A stretch of DNA of 64,000 bases from Eledone cirrhosa (GCA_964016885.1 OZ024740.1:96038001-96102000); one strand, 5' to 3'. Positions 44,894 to 57,987 are shown, counted from the stretch's first letter. Numbers and translations are program-made. Notes: generated by a model from the sequence alone, not told the origin.

Positions 44894-45898
44894 ATGATGT
44901 TCCAGAACAATGTAAACGAGATAATTGCCAATTTGGGTTCTGGAACAAAAAGGATCATTGGCAATAAGGGCAGGGGCCCCAAGTTATCACAACCTGGGCC
45001 CGCCCGTCATCGTGCCATTGTAATAGAGCCAAACAGGGCATTTAGTCTTGGCTGCTGGAACGTACGGACGCTGCTTGACAGGGATTCTTTGGAGCGTCCT
45101 GAACGAAGGACCGCTCTTGTTGCAAAGGAGCTTCGACGTTACGATCTTGACATCGTGGCTTTGTCTGAGACGAGGTTAGCTGGAGATGGTCATCTTACGG
45201 AATTTTGTGGAGAATATACATTCTTCTGGAAAGGAAGAGATGAAGGAACCAGAAGAGAGGCTGGGGTAGGATTTGCTGTTAAGACTGTACTGGTGAATAA
45301 ATTAGAAGAATTCCCAGTGGGGATTAGTGAGCGTCTTATGTCCATGAGAGTTCCGCTGGACAAGGGAAGATATGCTACCCTGGTGAGTGCGTATGCTCCA
45401 ACTATGAATTCTGTCGATGAAGAAAAACTGTCCTTTTACCATGCCTTGAAAGGTGTTTTAAGAAATATCCCTCAGGCAGACAAAGTCATCGTGCTTGGTG
45501 ACTTTAATGCTAGAGTGGGTAGGGATTTTAACACATGGAATGTAATCGGAAGGCATGGGGTGGGAAAGTGTAACAGCAATGGTATGCTCTTGCTGCAGAT
45601 GTGTGAGGAGCTGGATCTGTGTGTTACCAACACCATGTTCCAACAAAAGAACAAATTCAAGACCACATGGATGCATCCTGCATCTAAGGAATGGCATCTT
45701 TTGGACTACGTCCTAGTCAGGATGCGTGACAGACAGGATGTGCAGTGTGTTCGTGTTCTTCGTGGAGCTGAGTGCTGGACGGACCACCGCCTGGTACGCG
45801 CAAAAGTGAATCTAATCACCAAACGTAAAATCCGGGCTCCTGGTGTTACCCTGCCCAAAAGATTGAATGCTGCTCGTCTTAAGGATAAAAAAATGTGA
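44894..45898 (+). CDS. RTE apurinic-like endonuclease domain
   Basis: LGCWNVRTL, LSETR, SAYAPT, LGDFNARVG, LDYVL and TDHRLV. The true start is uncertain. Confidence 0.92.
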   Translation: MMFQNNVNEIIANLGSGTKRIIGNKGRGPKLSQPGPARHRAIVIEPNRAFSLGCWNVRTLLDRDSLERPERRTALVAKELRRYDLDIVALSETRLAGDGHLTEFCGEYTFFWKGRDEGTRREAGVGFAVKTVLVNKLEEFPVGISERLMSMRVPLDKGRYATLVSAYAPTMNSVDEEKLSFYHALKGVLRNIPQADKVIVLGDFNARVGRDFNTWNVIGRHGVGKCNSNGMLLLQMCEELDLCVTNTMFQQKNKFKTTWMHPASKEWHLLDYVLVRMRDRQDVQCVRVLRGAECWTDHRLVRAKVNLITKRKIRAPGVTLPKRLNAARLKDKKM

Positions 45899-48441
45899 AG
45901 AGGACATTGGAAGAAGAGATGCAGGCTGCAGATCTTGGTGAGGATTGGCCGACCCTTAAAAAGTCGGTTTATGATGTAGGCAGACGTGTTCTGGGATTGG
46001 TGCAGAGAAAACATCAGGACTGGTTTAATGAGAAAGATGTGCATATAGATGACTTGTTGGCTGATAAGAGGCGCGCTCTGTCACGCTACTTGACGGCAAA
46101 ACCACAGGAGAGGAATACGTTGCATGAGGAGCTCAGGGATGTAAAATCACGTGTTAGGCGGAGTCTTTCTCAGATGAAGGATCAGTGGTGGAGTGAGAAG
46201 GCTGGTGAGATACAAACTGCGTCTGATTGCAATAACACAAAGCTGTTGTACAGTCTCTTGCGTGAGGTTTATGGACCGTCTTCTTCTCTGGTGACACCGA
46301 TTCGCAGCAAGGATGGCAAAGAACTTCTTCGTGACTCACAGGGAATTCTACGAAGGTGGCGAGAGCACTTTGATGATCTTTTGAATCAGCCGTCTGTCGT
46401 CAGTGAAGATTTCCTCAATCTCATTCCGGAAAGTCCTGTGAAAGTAGCTCTCGCAGAACCTCCGACACTTGTGGAGGTTGCAGTGGCTATTTCGAAGCTG
46501 AACAGTGGAAGATCTCCAGGTATGGATGGCATACATGCTGAGCTCCTACAATATGGTGGTGAGAGACTCCTGCAACATCTTCACTCTCTGTTTGGAAGGA
46601 TATGGGCTAATGAATCCGTGCCTGAGGACTGGAGAGATGCAGTAATGGTGGTCTTGTACAAGGGAAAGGGTAACAGGAATGATTGTGGGAACTACAGAGG
46701 TATATCATTGCTTTCTGTCGTGGGGAAAGTTTTATGTAGGGTGCTTCTGGACCGTCTGCTGACACACATTGCAGATTGTGTCCTTCCTGAAAGTCAATCT
46801 GCTTTTCGTGTTGGACGCGGCACTACTGATATGATCTTCTCAGCTAGACAGCTCCAGGAGAAGTGCATTGAACAGGGCTTGGATCTGTATCAGGTTTTTG
46901 TCGATCTGACAAAGGCTTTCGATACTGTCAACAGAGATGCATTATGGAAGGTTCTCCAGAAACTTGGTTGCCCTGATAAGTTCCTTGCTTTAGTTAGGTC
47001 TTTCCATGACGACATGAAGGCTTGGGTTAATGTCGGAGGTAACATGTCGGAGCCTATCTCAGTAAAAAATGGAGTGAAACAGGGGGATATTCCAGCACCG
47101 ACCCTGTTTGCCATATACTTTGCAATGGTTTTCTGTGTTGCATTCAGGAATTGCGAGCATGGTGTTTACATCCGATATCGAACCTCAGGCAGCATATTTA
47201 ACATCAGGCGCTTTGCTGCGAAGACAAAAGTATTTACATCAGTCATAAGAGACCTCTTGTATGCAGATGATTGCGATCTTGTAGCGCACACAGAGAGTGA
47301 TATGCAGCACATTTTGAATGTATTTTCTGACGCTTGCACTGCCCTGGGTTTGACTGTCAGTCTCAAGAAAACCGTCGTCATGTACCAACCTGCCCCTGGT
47401 GGGCAGTACACTGAACCAAACATCTATGTGTATGGCAAACGACTTGGAGTGGTTGATCAGTTTGTCTACCTGGGAAGCACTGTCAATCGATACGGCAACC
47501 TTGACAGTGAAATCTCACTTAGGATTAGGAAAGCAAGTGATGCTTTCGGAAAGCTAGAAAGGCGACTCTGGGGTCGGCGAGACATATGCAGGAGGACAAA
47601 GGTAAAGGTGTACAGGGCATGTGTACTCTCTTGTCTTCTTTATGCCTGCGAGACCTGGGTCACATATCGACACCACCTTAAGCAATTGGAGCGTTTCCAT
47701 CAGATGTGTCTCAGACGGATACATGGCGTTCACTGGAGGGACCACATCAGTGATGTCGAGATTTTGGAAAGCTCTATGTGTGACAGTATAGAAGCTCTTG
47801 TGCTTAAGCAGCGACTCCGTTGGAGTGGTCACCTTGCCAGGATGAAGGATTCTAGAATACCAAAACAACTCTTCTATGGAGAGTTGGTTAAAGGAAAACG
47901 ACCGCCACATAAACCAAAAAAGAGGTATAAGGATTCCTTGAAAGCCTCTCTGAAAGACGCTAACATCTCTGCTGATACATGGGAAAATATTGCTGCTGAT
48001 CGTAATAAATGGAGAAAGACTGTATATGAGGGAAAAGTTGCCTTTGAGGCATCTCGAATCGCACACGAGAAAGTAAAGCGGGACGTGAGGAAGGGTATTG
48101 CTGTTGCACTTCCAGACGGCGAGGGTCCTCCTATGTTTCTGACATGCAGCGTCTGTGCGAGACTCTGCCTAAGCAAAGCTGGACTCGAAAGTCATCTTCG
48201 CAGTCATAAAGTAAGACCAGTGGTTGACTACCAGGCTGCTGTTGGAGATGCTACTCATCATGCTTGCCAAACATGTGGTAGAGAATGTAAATCAGCAGGA
48301 GGACTCAAGCGACATGCAAAAGTACACGAACTCCAACCACAGCCGACTATTCCCAGTAAATGTTTTGGTTGCCGACTCTGTGCAAGACATTTTAGATCAT
48401 TGGCTGGGCTAAAAAGCCACATTCGATCGCAGCACTGTTAG
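45895..48441 (+). CDS. RTE reverse transcriptase with three C-terminal C2H2-type zinc fingers
   Basis: [45 protein letters not shown] and LLYACETW. Fingers CSVC..HLRSH, CQTC..HAKVH and CRLC..HIRSQH. Confidence 0.94.
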   Translation: MKRTLEEEMQAADLGEDWPTLKKSVYDVGRRVLGLVQRKHQDWFNEKDVHIDDLLADKRRALSRYLTAKPQERNTLHEELRDVKSRVRRSLSQMKDQWWSEKAGEIQTASDCNNTKLLYSLLREVYGPSSSLVTPIRSKDGKELLRDSQGILRRWREHFDDLLNQPSVVSEDFLNLIPESPVKVALAEPPTLVEVAVAISKLNSGRSPGMDGIHAELLQYGGERLLQHLHSLFGRIWANESVPEDWRDAVMVVLYKGKGNRNDCGNYRGISLLSVVGKVLCRVLLDRLLTHIADCVLPESQSAFRVGRGTTDMIFSARQLQEKCIEQGLDLYQVFVDLTKAFDTVNRDALWKVLQKLGCPDKFLALVRSFHDDMKAWVNVGGNMSEPISVKNGVKQGDIPAPTLFAIYFAMVFCVAFRNCEHGVYIRYRTSGSIFNIRRFAAKTKVFTSVIRDLLYADDCDLVAHTESDMQHILNVFSDACTALGLTVSLKKTVVMYQPAPGGQYTEPNIYVYGKRLGVVDQFVYLGSTVNRYGNLDSEISLRIRKASDAFGKLERRLWGRRDICRRTKVKVYRACVLSCLLYACETWVTYRHHLKQLERFHQMCLRRIHGVHWRDHISDVEILESSMCDSIEALVLKQRLRWSGHLARMKDSRIPKQLFYGELVKGKRPPHKPKKRYKDSLKASLKDANISADTWENIAADRNKWRKTVYEGKVAFEASRIAHEKVKRDVRKGIAVALPDGEGPPMFLTCSVCARLCLSKAGLESHLRSHKVRPVVDYQAAVGDATHHACQTCGRECKSAGGLKRHAKVHELQPQPTIPSKCFGCRLCARHFRSLAGLKSHIRSQHC

Positions 48442-48449
48442 TTGCTATC

Positions 48450-48487
<38 letters not shown>

Positions 48488-48566
48488 GCTTATGTGCGTG
48501 CGTGTGTGTGTATATATATATGAATATGTATATTATTATTGTTGTTGTCGTTATTATTATTATTGC

Positions 48567-48618
<52 letters not shown>

Positions 48619-48740
48619 GTTATTAATGTATGTGTGTATATATGTGTGAGTGTATGTGTATGTATGTGTATGTGTATATATGTATGTATATGTATGTATG
48701 TGTGTGTGTATATATATGTGTATATATATATATATGTATA

Positions 48741-48793
<53 letters not shown>

Positions 48794-48820
48794 TTTCCCT
48801 TTTTTTTTTTTTTTTTTTTT

Positions 48821-48862
<42 letters not shown>

Positions 48863-48951
48863 TTTTTTTTTTTTTTTTTTTTTTTTTATTATTGTGCAAT
48901 GGCCATACTCGATAACGAGGGGGCAGCCATCATATATATATATATATATAC

Positions 48952-49465
48952 ATATTGGTAAACGGAATAGGAAATGCTGACGAATTGTTCACAGTAGAAA
49001 ATAGTTTAATTAGGAATAAGTGAGAATTAGTAATAATATTGGTTAGTATTCAGTTTTGGTTTTAATTTTACCGGTTGCGCATTTCTAATGCTTTTTAAAA
49101 ATAATGTTGAGATAGAGCGTCCGTGATGTTTGCTCTGATCTGATTAGTTTTGGGAATTCTACCTGATTTTATGTTAAAAAAGTGGCTCCAGCGGTATTAA
49201 AATAAGTTTAGCGCCAATTCGTGTTTCAAACATTCTTGTGTTCAAAACAATTTTGATTGGTCGGTAGAGGTCATGTGAATGTAAAAAATTGATTTTGCGC
49301 CAAATGTAGGTATCTGTCGGCTGACTGAGAAATAAGTCTTTCACAACAAATATGTGTGTGTGTGTGTAGTTGTAGTAGTAAAGTGGTTCGTTGTTGTGAT
49401 AATGGTCAGCAGGGATGTGTGTGCGTACCGCAGCCTGTTGACAGTTCAAATGCCTATTAAGACAA

Positions 49466-49496
<31 letters not shown>

Positions 49497-49618
49497 TGTG
49501 TGTGTGTGTAGCAGAGTAATTCGTGGTAGAGGGATGGTCTGTAGGAATGTGTCTGTTAATGTGTGGGGGATATTTTAACATGTTAAAATATATTTGTCAG
49601 CTCTTGTCTTATACGGAG

Positions 49619-49667
<49 letters not shown>

Positions 49668-52270
49668 TGTATATGTCTCTTTGTATGTCAATGTACGCAT
49701 GGGTATTGGTGTGTGTGTATATATGTGTGTGTGTGAGAATGTGTGTGTGTGTGTGGGTGGACCAGTATTTTTTCTGGTAAAATGGTGTACATTATTCGAT
49801 ATTTTCAGTAAACTCGATTCTCTCAATAGAACATCAAAAACCTTAATAATAAAAGGTGTGAAATGATATATACTATTGGCATAATACCAAGGTGTGTGTG
49901 AGTGTGTGTGTCCAGATTGTACGTACTGCAAGGGGGATCCATTAGGCCTTGCCGTATTGCAATACCTGTGCACAAATAGGTATGTGCCCATCAGTGTGCA
50001 ATGCATGTTTGTGTGTCGGCACGTTTATATCTATAAACCTCAAAAGGTATGCAAATTTGTGTATATTTGTGTTGCAACGTAGAACATATGTGTTTACGTA
50101 TGTCATTGTGTTTTTATGTGGGTAGAGATGTGTGCTGATGTAGGTATGTATGTTGACGTGTGTATGTTGTGGGTTCGTCTTAGGGAGAAGTGTTTAGACG
50201 GGGTCCGTATTTGTTAATAAAGTAAGATTCCTTGCTGATGCGCTGGGTGTGGGTGGCATTATCTTTAAATTTGTAGAGGGGAAAGATTCTGAAGTTGGGA
50301 TGATTTTGGGCGGCACAGGTATCAATGTGTTCAATCAGTGGTATTTTCCTGTATTCCCGTATTTTAATTTGGGATCTATGGACGGTCATGCGTTAGCGGA
50401 GGCTGTTTTTGGTCTGGCCTATGTATTTTTCCTGACAACCTGACCAAGTTAATACATATATTAGATTTTCTGATGCGCATGTAAAATTCTGTTTTACTAT
50501 AAAACGTTGTCCTTCTTTGAAATAGAATTCCGAGCCCTCTATTAGGTTGATGCAAAGGCCACAGTTGGGTCTATCGCATTTTTTTTACTGTGGGTTTCGT
50601 TGTTATGGTTGGCAGTACTTTGGCATGTGTCAGCATGTTTTTCATTGACTTAGATTGTCTTTTGCTCTTTATGATATCGTGTGTTCTTAGGATTTGGTTC
50701 ATTCTACGGTCCTTTTTCAACACAGGGATGTTCTGGGGGATGGTGTCAAAGGCCTCACTGTTGAGGGGGTTGTGTGTGGAGATGTATGGAAGAGCTTTTA
50801 GTTTCGGTTGATTTACTTTAGGGTATCTACGGTCCTAGGTACTGAGTTTTAGGGCACGTTGGATTCCATTGTCAATTAGTGATGCAGGTTATTCCCTGCC
50901 TATGAGTGTGTCCTTTAGTTCTTGTAGCCGTAAGTAGCAGGTGTTTTTATTGGAGACTATAGTACAGATTCTCTTGGCTAAGTTGTAGGGAATATTCATT
51001 TTAACGTGTCTAGGGTGGCAAGAGTTGAAAGGAAGATTTTGCTTGGAGTCTGCGGGCTTGTAGTGTATGTCAGTTTCTATTTTTTTATGGATCTTAATGA
51101 GGATGTCGGGGAATGTTGTTGATGGCTGTATTCCATCGTGAAATTAATATTCGTGTTGAGCACATTTATAAGGGTGTGAAATTCTTTAAGTTTCTCGATG
51201 TTTTCGTGCCAGAGGATGAAGCAGTCATCTAGATCTCGCTTCCAGTTCCTTTCTATGTGTAAGTGGAGAGTGTTTCCAAATGTGTTTAGGACTTTAGTGT
51301 AGAGGGTGATTTCCAGGTATCCCATGACTAGGTTGGCATAAGTGGGGGATGTTTTCGTTCCCATAGTGGTCCCAGATTTCTGCCTGTAGGGTTTGTTACT
51401 GAAAACAAAGTAATTGTTCTCCAATATAAGTTTGAGTCCCTCTATCACGAATTCTTTTTTGATGCGTTGTGGGAGTTCATTGTGGTAATTATCCAGCTAG
51501 AATTGGATAGCTTCTATTCCTAGGTCGTGGGGGATGTTGGAGTATAATTGACTACTTCGAACGTCACTAGTAGAGTTTGTTCCAAAAGTAGCATATTAGG
51601 GAGGTGATTGAGCATATCTAGGTCGTCCCTTATATAGCTTTTGATGTGTTTGAAAAAGGCTTGAGAAGGGTATCAATGAAGTTGTTAAGGCGTTGAGTTT
51701 CGCAAGCGGGGCCTACTATTATAGGTCTTAATTTGAGATCATTGGGTGAGGGGACATTGATGACTATGTTTGTAACTTCCTTGCATGCCTTACTTATTAA
51801 TTCGCTTTTATGTACTTTAGGGATAACGTAGAAAAGGCTGGGTTTACTTGTGAAGTCTGTGATAAAGCTGAATTCCTTGTTAGTGCGTCCTTCTTTGTAT
51901 TGGTTGATCAGAGTTTTAGGTTTCTCATAATTTTCTGTTGATTGTAGTGTTCAACCCTTTCGTAGTATGTTTCGTTTTCCAAAGTGGAGAGCGCTAAGTT
52001 GATATAGAATTATGTCTCCATTAGGACTACTGTACTCCCTTTATCAGCCTCTTTAATTGTAATGGTTCTATCGGTTTTTAATCTATTTAATTCTTCCCAT
52101 TCTTTCTTGTTGAGGTTTGGCTTTTGTTTTTGTCTGTGTAAGTGTTGGTAAGGGAAGTTTGTGATGTGTTCACAGAATTCGTCTAGGATTTTATTTCTAC
52201 CTTTTGATGGGGTGTAATTGCTTCTATTTCTGGCTAATGATTAATTCTCAAAGTACTGGTCGAATAGTTC

Positions 52271-52353
<83 letters not shown>

Positions 52354-52425
52354 CTCCGTATAGGACAAGAGCTGAAAAATATTTTAACATGTTAAAATAT
52401 CCCCGACACACTTACTACTGCTATA

Positions 52426-52473
<48 letters not shown>

Positions 52474-52926
52474 CACACTTGTCTTAATAGGCATTTGAAC
52501 TGTCAACAGACTGCGGTTCGCACACACATCTCCGCTGACCATTATCACATCAGACAGCCTTCATAAACCTACATTTGGCGCAAAATCAATTTTTTACATT
52601 CACATGACCTCTACCGACCAATCAAAATTGTTTTGACCACAAGAATTTTTGCAACACGGATTGGCGCATACTTATTTTAATACCGCTGGAGCCACTTTTT
52701 TAACATAAAAGCAGGTAGAATTCCCAAAAGTAATCAGATCAGAGCAAACATCACGGACGCTCTATCTCAAAATTACTTTTGAAAAGCATTAGAAAACCGC
52801 AACCGGAAAAACTTGAAACCAAAACTGAATACTAACCAATACTATGACTAATTCTCACTTATTCCTAATTAAACTATTTTTCACTGTGAACAATTTGTCA
52901 GCATTTTCTATTCCGTTTACCAATAT
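48952..52926 (-). mobile_element. Degenerate Neptune-like PLE with ~650-700 bp inverted termini (48952-49660 and 52273-52926)
   Basis: Minus-strand IKEADKGSTVV, QKSGTTMGTKTSPTYANLVMG, WKRDLDDCF, FNSCHPRH, CDRPNCGLC, FTCASENLIY, EKYIGQT and KESYFINKYGPRLN. The terminal arms are reverse complements. Confidence 0.9.
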
Positions 52927-52958
52927 ATCATAACTTGTGTGTTACACCTCTATTCTTT

Positions 52959-53013
<55 letters not shown>

Positions 53014-53021
<8 letters not shown>

Positions 53022-53341
53022 AGATCAAAAGATGGTTAAAGGAGTTCCATGTATTTTATTATGCGCCTTTCAAAAACAAACATCATCATGCAATAATATT
53101 TGTGTTTTCATCAGATAAAACAGGAGAACATGATATGAAGGCTAAAAAACACTTGTGGATAGTGCAGTTTTAAATCAACATATCACACTTCACTATCCAC
53201 AAGTGTTTTTTAGCCTTCATATCATGTTCTCCTGTTTTATCTGATGAAAACACAAATATTATTGCATGATGATGTTTGTTTTTGAAATGCGCATAATAAA
53301 ATACATGGAACTCCTTTAACCATATTTTGATCTTATATTAT
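53014..53341. mobile_element. Non-coding palindromic element (151 bp arms, 26 bp spacer) with HHR motifs
   Basis: 53014-53164 is the reverse complement of 53191-53341. Confidence 0.9.
53235..53301 (+). ncRNA. Type I hammerhead ribozyme with long stem II; mirror copy at 53054-53120 (-) has a stem III mismatch
   Basis: UUUUAU-CUGAUGA-AAAC..(long hairpin)..GUUUUU-GAAA-UGCGCA-UA-AUAAAA, with palindromic stem III. Confidence 0.72.
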
Positions 53342-53424
53342 GTATACTCCAGTCCTACAAACTGTAGAGTGCTTCTTATCCGATATCTGCATTGCTTTAT
53401 TGTACTACAATAAAACTCACCTCC

Positions 53425-53518
<94 letters not shown>

Positions 53519-53970
53519 TGTGTGTGTGTATGCGCGCGCCTGTGTGTCTGTGTGTATGTATATATATGTGAATTTTGAATATCTAAAGATATGTTATATT
53601 TAATGAAAACAATGCATCTTGAAAGCCAAGCTACTAATATTGAAACCTGACGTCTAGCGTCGTCTATTGGATACCCACAGGAGCAGCCATCAGCCTTTCA
53701 ATGTTCTAAGTAGGGTTTTCAAAATATTTAGTTATGAAACGTACCGTATATCATTAGGTATACGAAATTCAGATACATACATGCCGAAGCTACATGTAAT
53801 TCTACTTTTAAATTGAGCCAAATTATACAGCTTCATATGCTAATGAGGCTAATTAGTCCACCTACACGAGCGAAAATAATATATACTTTATTCTATTTTC
53901 AATTTCAAGCAGGAATCCACATAAATATACAGTTATGCAGCCATGCCGGAGCTCATGTTTATTACTATAC

Positions 53971-54003
<33 letters not shown>

Positions 54004-54022
54004 TGTATGTATGTATGTATGT

Positions 54023-54424
54023 ATGACCCCTTAGCCTTTGTCAAGGCAGAATTCTAGGAGAAGGAAAATTCTGATATAACACCTGCAACCCTGATGGTAT
54101 CCAATGATGTTGACTTGTTCTTCTTTTTGGTAAATATCATCTTGGTTAAGAGAGTGGGACTGGCTTTGTGCAGTGCCTTTGCTCACTATAAAAGCTTCAC
54201 GGCACAGGCATTACTTTATATCTGGAGATCTCTCTGCACTTGTCGTCACATCGTACCATGGGCCCAGCACTATGTGTCAATAATTGTCACAAGTGTAGTG
54301 TTTGTACCAGAGTTTTCAAGTCGCTGGCTAGACTAAAAAGTCACACTCGTTCAGCGCATCGGTAGGGGTTCTCCTACATGGATATAAAGTAGTGGCCGTA
54401 CTCGAAAACGAGTTGGCAGCCACC

Positions 54425-54455
<31 letters not shown>

Positions 54456-55714
54456 TGTATGTATGTATGTATGTATGTTGGTGCTACTGGTAACATGTAT
54501 CCCAGTACAACCTGTCTCATGGTCGGGTCGTTGGCGACTAAACTGGCAACCCCACCAAGGTTTCTTGGTGAGGAGGGTGACTTTGGACATCCTGCAGGAC
54601 TAAAAACAAAACCTGTCAAAGGGCAAAGGATCTCTTAAGAGTCAATGGCCATCCAAAATCACCGGGAGAGATGAACCCTTAGCCTTTGTCAAGGCAGAAT
54701 TCTAGGAGAAGGAAAACTCTGATATAACACCTGCAACTCTGATGGTATCCAATGATGTTGACTTGTTCTTCTTTTTGGTAAATATCATCTTGGTTAAGAG
54801 AGTGGGACTGGCTTTGTGCAGTGCCTTTGCTCACTATAAAAGCTTCACAGCACAGGCATTGCTTTATATCTGGAGATCTCTCTGCACTTGTCGTCACATG
54901 GTACCATGGGCCCAGCACTATGTGTCAATAATTGTCACAAGTGTAGTGTTTGTACCAGAGTTTTCAAGTCGCTGGCTGGACTAAAAAGTCACACTCGTTC
55001 AGCGCATCAGTAGAGGTTCTCCTACATGGATATAAAGTAGTGGCCGTACTCGAAAACGAGTTGGCAGCCAGCATGTGTGTATGTATGTATGAATGTATGT
55101 ATGTATGTCAGGTCACCAGTTGGTGCTACTGGTAACATGTATCCCAGTACAACCTGTCTCATGGTCGGGTCGTTGGCGACTAAACTGGCAACCCCACCAA
55201 GGTTTCTTGGTGAGGAGGGTGACTTTGGACATCCTGCAGGACTAAAAACAAAACATGTCAAAGGGCAAAGGAGCTCTTAACAGTCAATAGCCATCCAAAA
55301 TCACAGGGAGAGATGACCCCTTAGCCTTTGTCAAGGCAGAATTCTTGGAGAAGGAAAACTCTGATATAGCACCAGCAACCCTAATGGTATCCAATGATGT
55401 TGACTTGTTCTTCTTTTTGGTAAATATCACCTTGCTTAAGAGAGTGGGACTGGCTTTGTGCAGCGCCTTTGCTCACTACAAAAGCTTCACGTCACAGGCA
55501 TTGCTTTATATCTGGAGATCTCTCTGTACTTGTCATCACAGGGTACAATGGGCCCAGCAACATGTGTCAGTAATTGTCACAAGTGTAGTGTTTGTACCAG
55601 AGTTTTCAATTCGATGGCTGGACTAAAAAGTCACACTCGTTCAGCGCATCAGTAGGGGTACTCCTGCATGAATATAAAGTAGTGGCCGTACTCGAAAACG
55701 AGTTTGCAGCCAAC
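54023..55714 (+). mobile_element. Head-to-tail array of three bipartite RTE derivatives separated by (ATGT)n
   Basis: Copies at 54023-54424 (5'-truncated), 54477-55072 and 55109-55714 are highly similar to 10795-11400. Confidence 0.9.
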
Positions 55715-55861
55715 ATGTATGTATGTATATCGTTACATTTTTTCGGTTTATCGTTTTCGGTGCACCCGGCCGATTAACCCACTCGATATGCAAATTGGGC
55801 TACTCAGCCGTTAATATGCATAACGTAAGTATATACGTTCAACAATCTGGCAGGAAGGTAT

Positions 55862-55904
55862 ACGTTGCTGACGATAGCTAACAAGCTTGAAACTAGTACA
55901 GCGT
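55862..55904 (+). ncRNA. Minimal type I hammerhead ribozyme (family A, unit 1)
   Basis: ACGUUG-CUGACGA-uAGC uaacaa GCUu-GAAA-CUAG-UA-CAGCGU. Confidence 0.85.
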
Positions 55905-56287
55905 TCCTTTGTCAGTGTTGAACAAACGAGCAACGGTGGTTGCTAGACACTACGGCTTAATACGGGATGTTTGTTTACAAACACACCGAGCTTTATAATA
56001 AATATTCGGTGAATCCATACTTGCATATATATATGTGTGCATGTATGTATGTATATATATATATACATACTACTGTACGGCGGTATACATATATGTATGT
56101 ACGTGTACATACTTATATTTAAGTAACAGCCGTACTAAGAGTGGGGAATGAAATATCGTTTCATTTTTTCCGTTTATTGTTTTCGGTGCACCCGGCCGAT
56201 TAACCCACTCGATATGCAAATTGGGCTACTCAGCCGTTAATATGCATAAGGTAAGTATATACGTTAAACAATCTGGCAGGAAGGTAT

Positions 56288-56330
56288 ACGTTGCTGACGA
56301 TAGCTAACAAGCTTGAAACTAGTACAGCGT
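56288..56330 (+). ncRNA. Minimal type I hammerhead ribozyme (family A, unit 2)
   Basis: Identical to 55862-55904. Confidence 0.85.
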
Positions 56331-56709
56331 TCCTTTGTCAGTGTTGAACAAACGAGCAACGGTGGTTGCTAGACACTACGGCTTAATACGGGATGTTTGT
56401 TTACAAACACACCGAGCATTATAATAAATATTCGGGGAATCCATACTTGCATATATATATGTGTGAATGTATGTATATATATATATACATACTACTGTAC
56501 GTCGGTATACATATATGTATGTACGTGTACATACTTATATTTAAGTAACAGCCGTACTAAGAGTAGGAAATGAAATATCGTTTCATTTTTCCCGTTTATC
56601 GTTTTCGGTGCACCCGGCCGATTAACCCACTCGATATGCAAATTGGGCTACTCAGCCGTTAATATGCATAAGGTAAGTATATACGTTCAACAATCTGGCA
56701 GGAAGGTAT

Positions 56710-56752
56710 ACGTTGCTGACGATAGCTAACAAGCTTGAAACTAGTACAGCGT
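56710..56752 (+). ncRNA. Minimal type I hammerhead ribozyme (family A, unit 3)
   Basis: Identical to 55862-55904. Confidence 0.85.
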
Positions 56753-57131
56753 TCCTTTGTCAGTGTTGAACAAACGAGCAACGGTGGTTGCTAGACACTA
56801 CGGCTTAATACGGGATGTTTGTTTACAAACACACCGAGCTTTATAATAAATATTCGGTGAATCCATACTTGCATATATATATGTGTGCATGTATGTATGT
56901 ATATATATACATACTACTGTACGTCGGTATACATATATGTATGTACGTGTACATACTTATATTTAAGTAACAGCCGTACTAAGAGTGGGAAATGAAATAT
57001 CGTTTCATTTTTTCCGTTTATCGTTTTCGGTGCACCCGGCCGATTAACCCACTCGATATGCAAATTGGTCTACTGAGCCGTTAATATGCGTAAGGTAAGT
57101 ATATACGTTCAACAATCTGGCAGGAAAGTAT

Positions 57132-57174
57132 ACGTTGCTGACGATAGCTAACAAGCTTGAAACAAGTACAGCGT
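57132..57174 (+). ncRNA. Minimal type I hammerhead ribozyme (family A, unit 4; stem III CAAG instead of CUAG)
   Basis: Same fold with one stem III substitution. Confidence 0.78.
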
Positions 57175-57512
57175 TCCTTTGTCAGTGTTGAACAAACGAG
57201 CAACGGTGGTTGCTAGACACTACGGCTTAATACGGGATGTTTGTTTACAAACACACCGAGCATTATAATAAATATTCGGTGAATCCATACGTGCATATAT
57301 ATATGTGTGTGCATGTATGTATATATATATATACATACTACTGTACGTTGGTATACATATATGTATGTACGTGTACATACTTATATTTAAGTAACAGCCG
57401 TACTAAGAGTGGCAAATGAAATATCGTTTCATTTTTTCCGTTTATGTATATATATATATGTAAGCATGTGTGTATACGTACATACATATATATATACAGA
57501 CGTACAGTAGCA

Positions 57513-57552
<40 letters not shown>

Positions 57553-57688
57553 TATACATACAGGTACACATACATATATATGCCTGTCCTACTTAGCTCA
57601 CTCGATATGCAAATTAGGCTGCTCAGCCGTTAATTTTCATAAGGAAGGTATGGGCTTTCGAACGTTCAACTATCTGCCAGATGGGTAT

Positions 57689-57731
57689 ACGGTGCTGATG
57701 ATAGCTAACAAGCTTGAAACTAGTACATTGT
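57689..57731 (+). ncRNA. Minimal type I hammerhead ribozyme (family B)
   Basis: ACGGUG-CUGAUGA-uAGC uaacaa GCUu-GAAA-CUAG-UA-CAUUGU. Confidence 0.82.
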
Positions 57732-57889
57732 TCCTGTGTCAGTGTTGAACAAAAAGGTGACGTGGTTGCCTTAACACCGTACGGCATAAACATTCAGACT
57801 GTTCAGTTTGTTTACAAACGAACAAAGCGGCGTTATAATAAGCGTCCGTTGAACTGATACGTGCATATATGTATGTGTACCTGTATGTA

Positions 57890-57987
<98 letters not shown>

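Larger units (their letters stand above)
44513..48932 (+). mobile_element. Nearly full-length RTE-clade LINE
   Basis: 5' UTR, APE and RT split by a single frameshift, and C-terminal C2H2 fingers. The 3' terminal hairpin CTCG-ATAA-CGAG at 48908-48919 is followed by (TA)n. Confidence 0.93.
55730..57445 (+). repeat. Tandem array (4 x ~423 bp) with one HHR per unit; retrozyme-like family A
   Basis: Near-identical units. Predicted cleavage sites fall after 55898, 56324, 56746 and 57168. Confidence 0.93.

Noticed and set aside
45880-45900. Programmed -1 frameshift between RTE APE and RT
   Set aside because: RTEs normally encode both domains in one ORF. T-AAA-AAA is not a canonical slippery heptamer, so a homopolymer indel or sequencing error is simpler.
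55730-57445. CRISPR-like array
   Set aside because: Whole ~423 bp units repeat with no unique spacers, there are no cas genes, and the context is eukaryotic.
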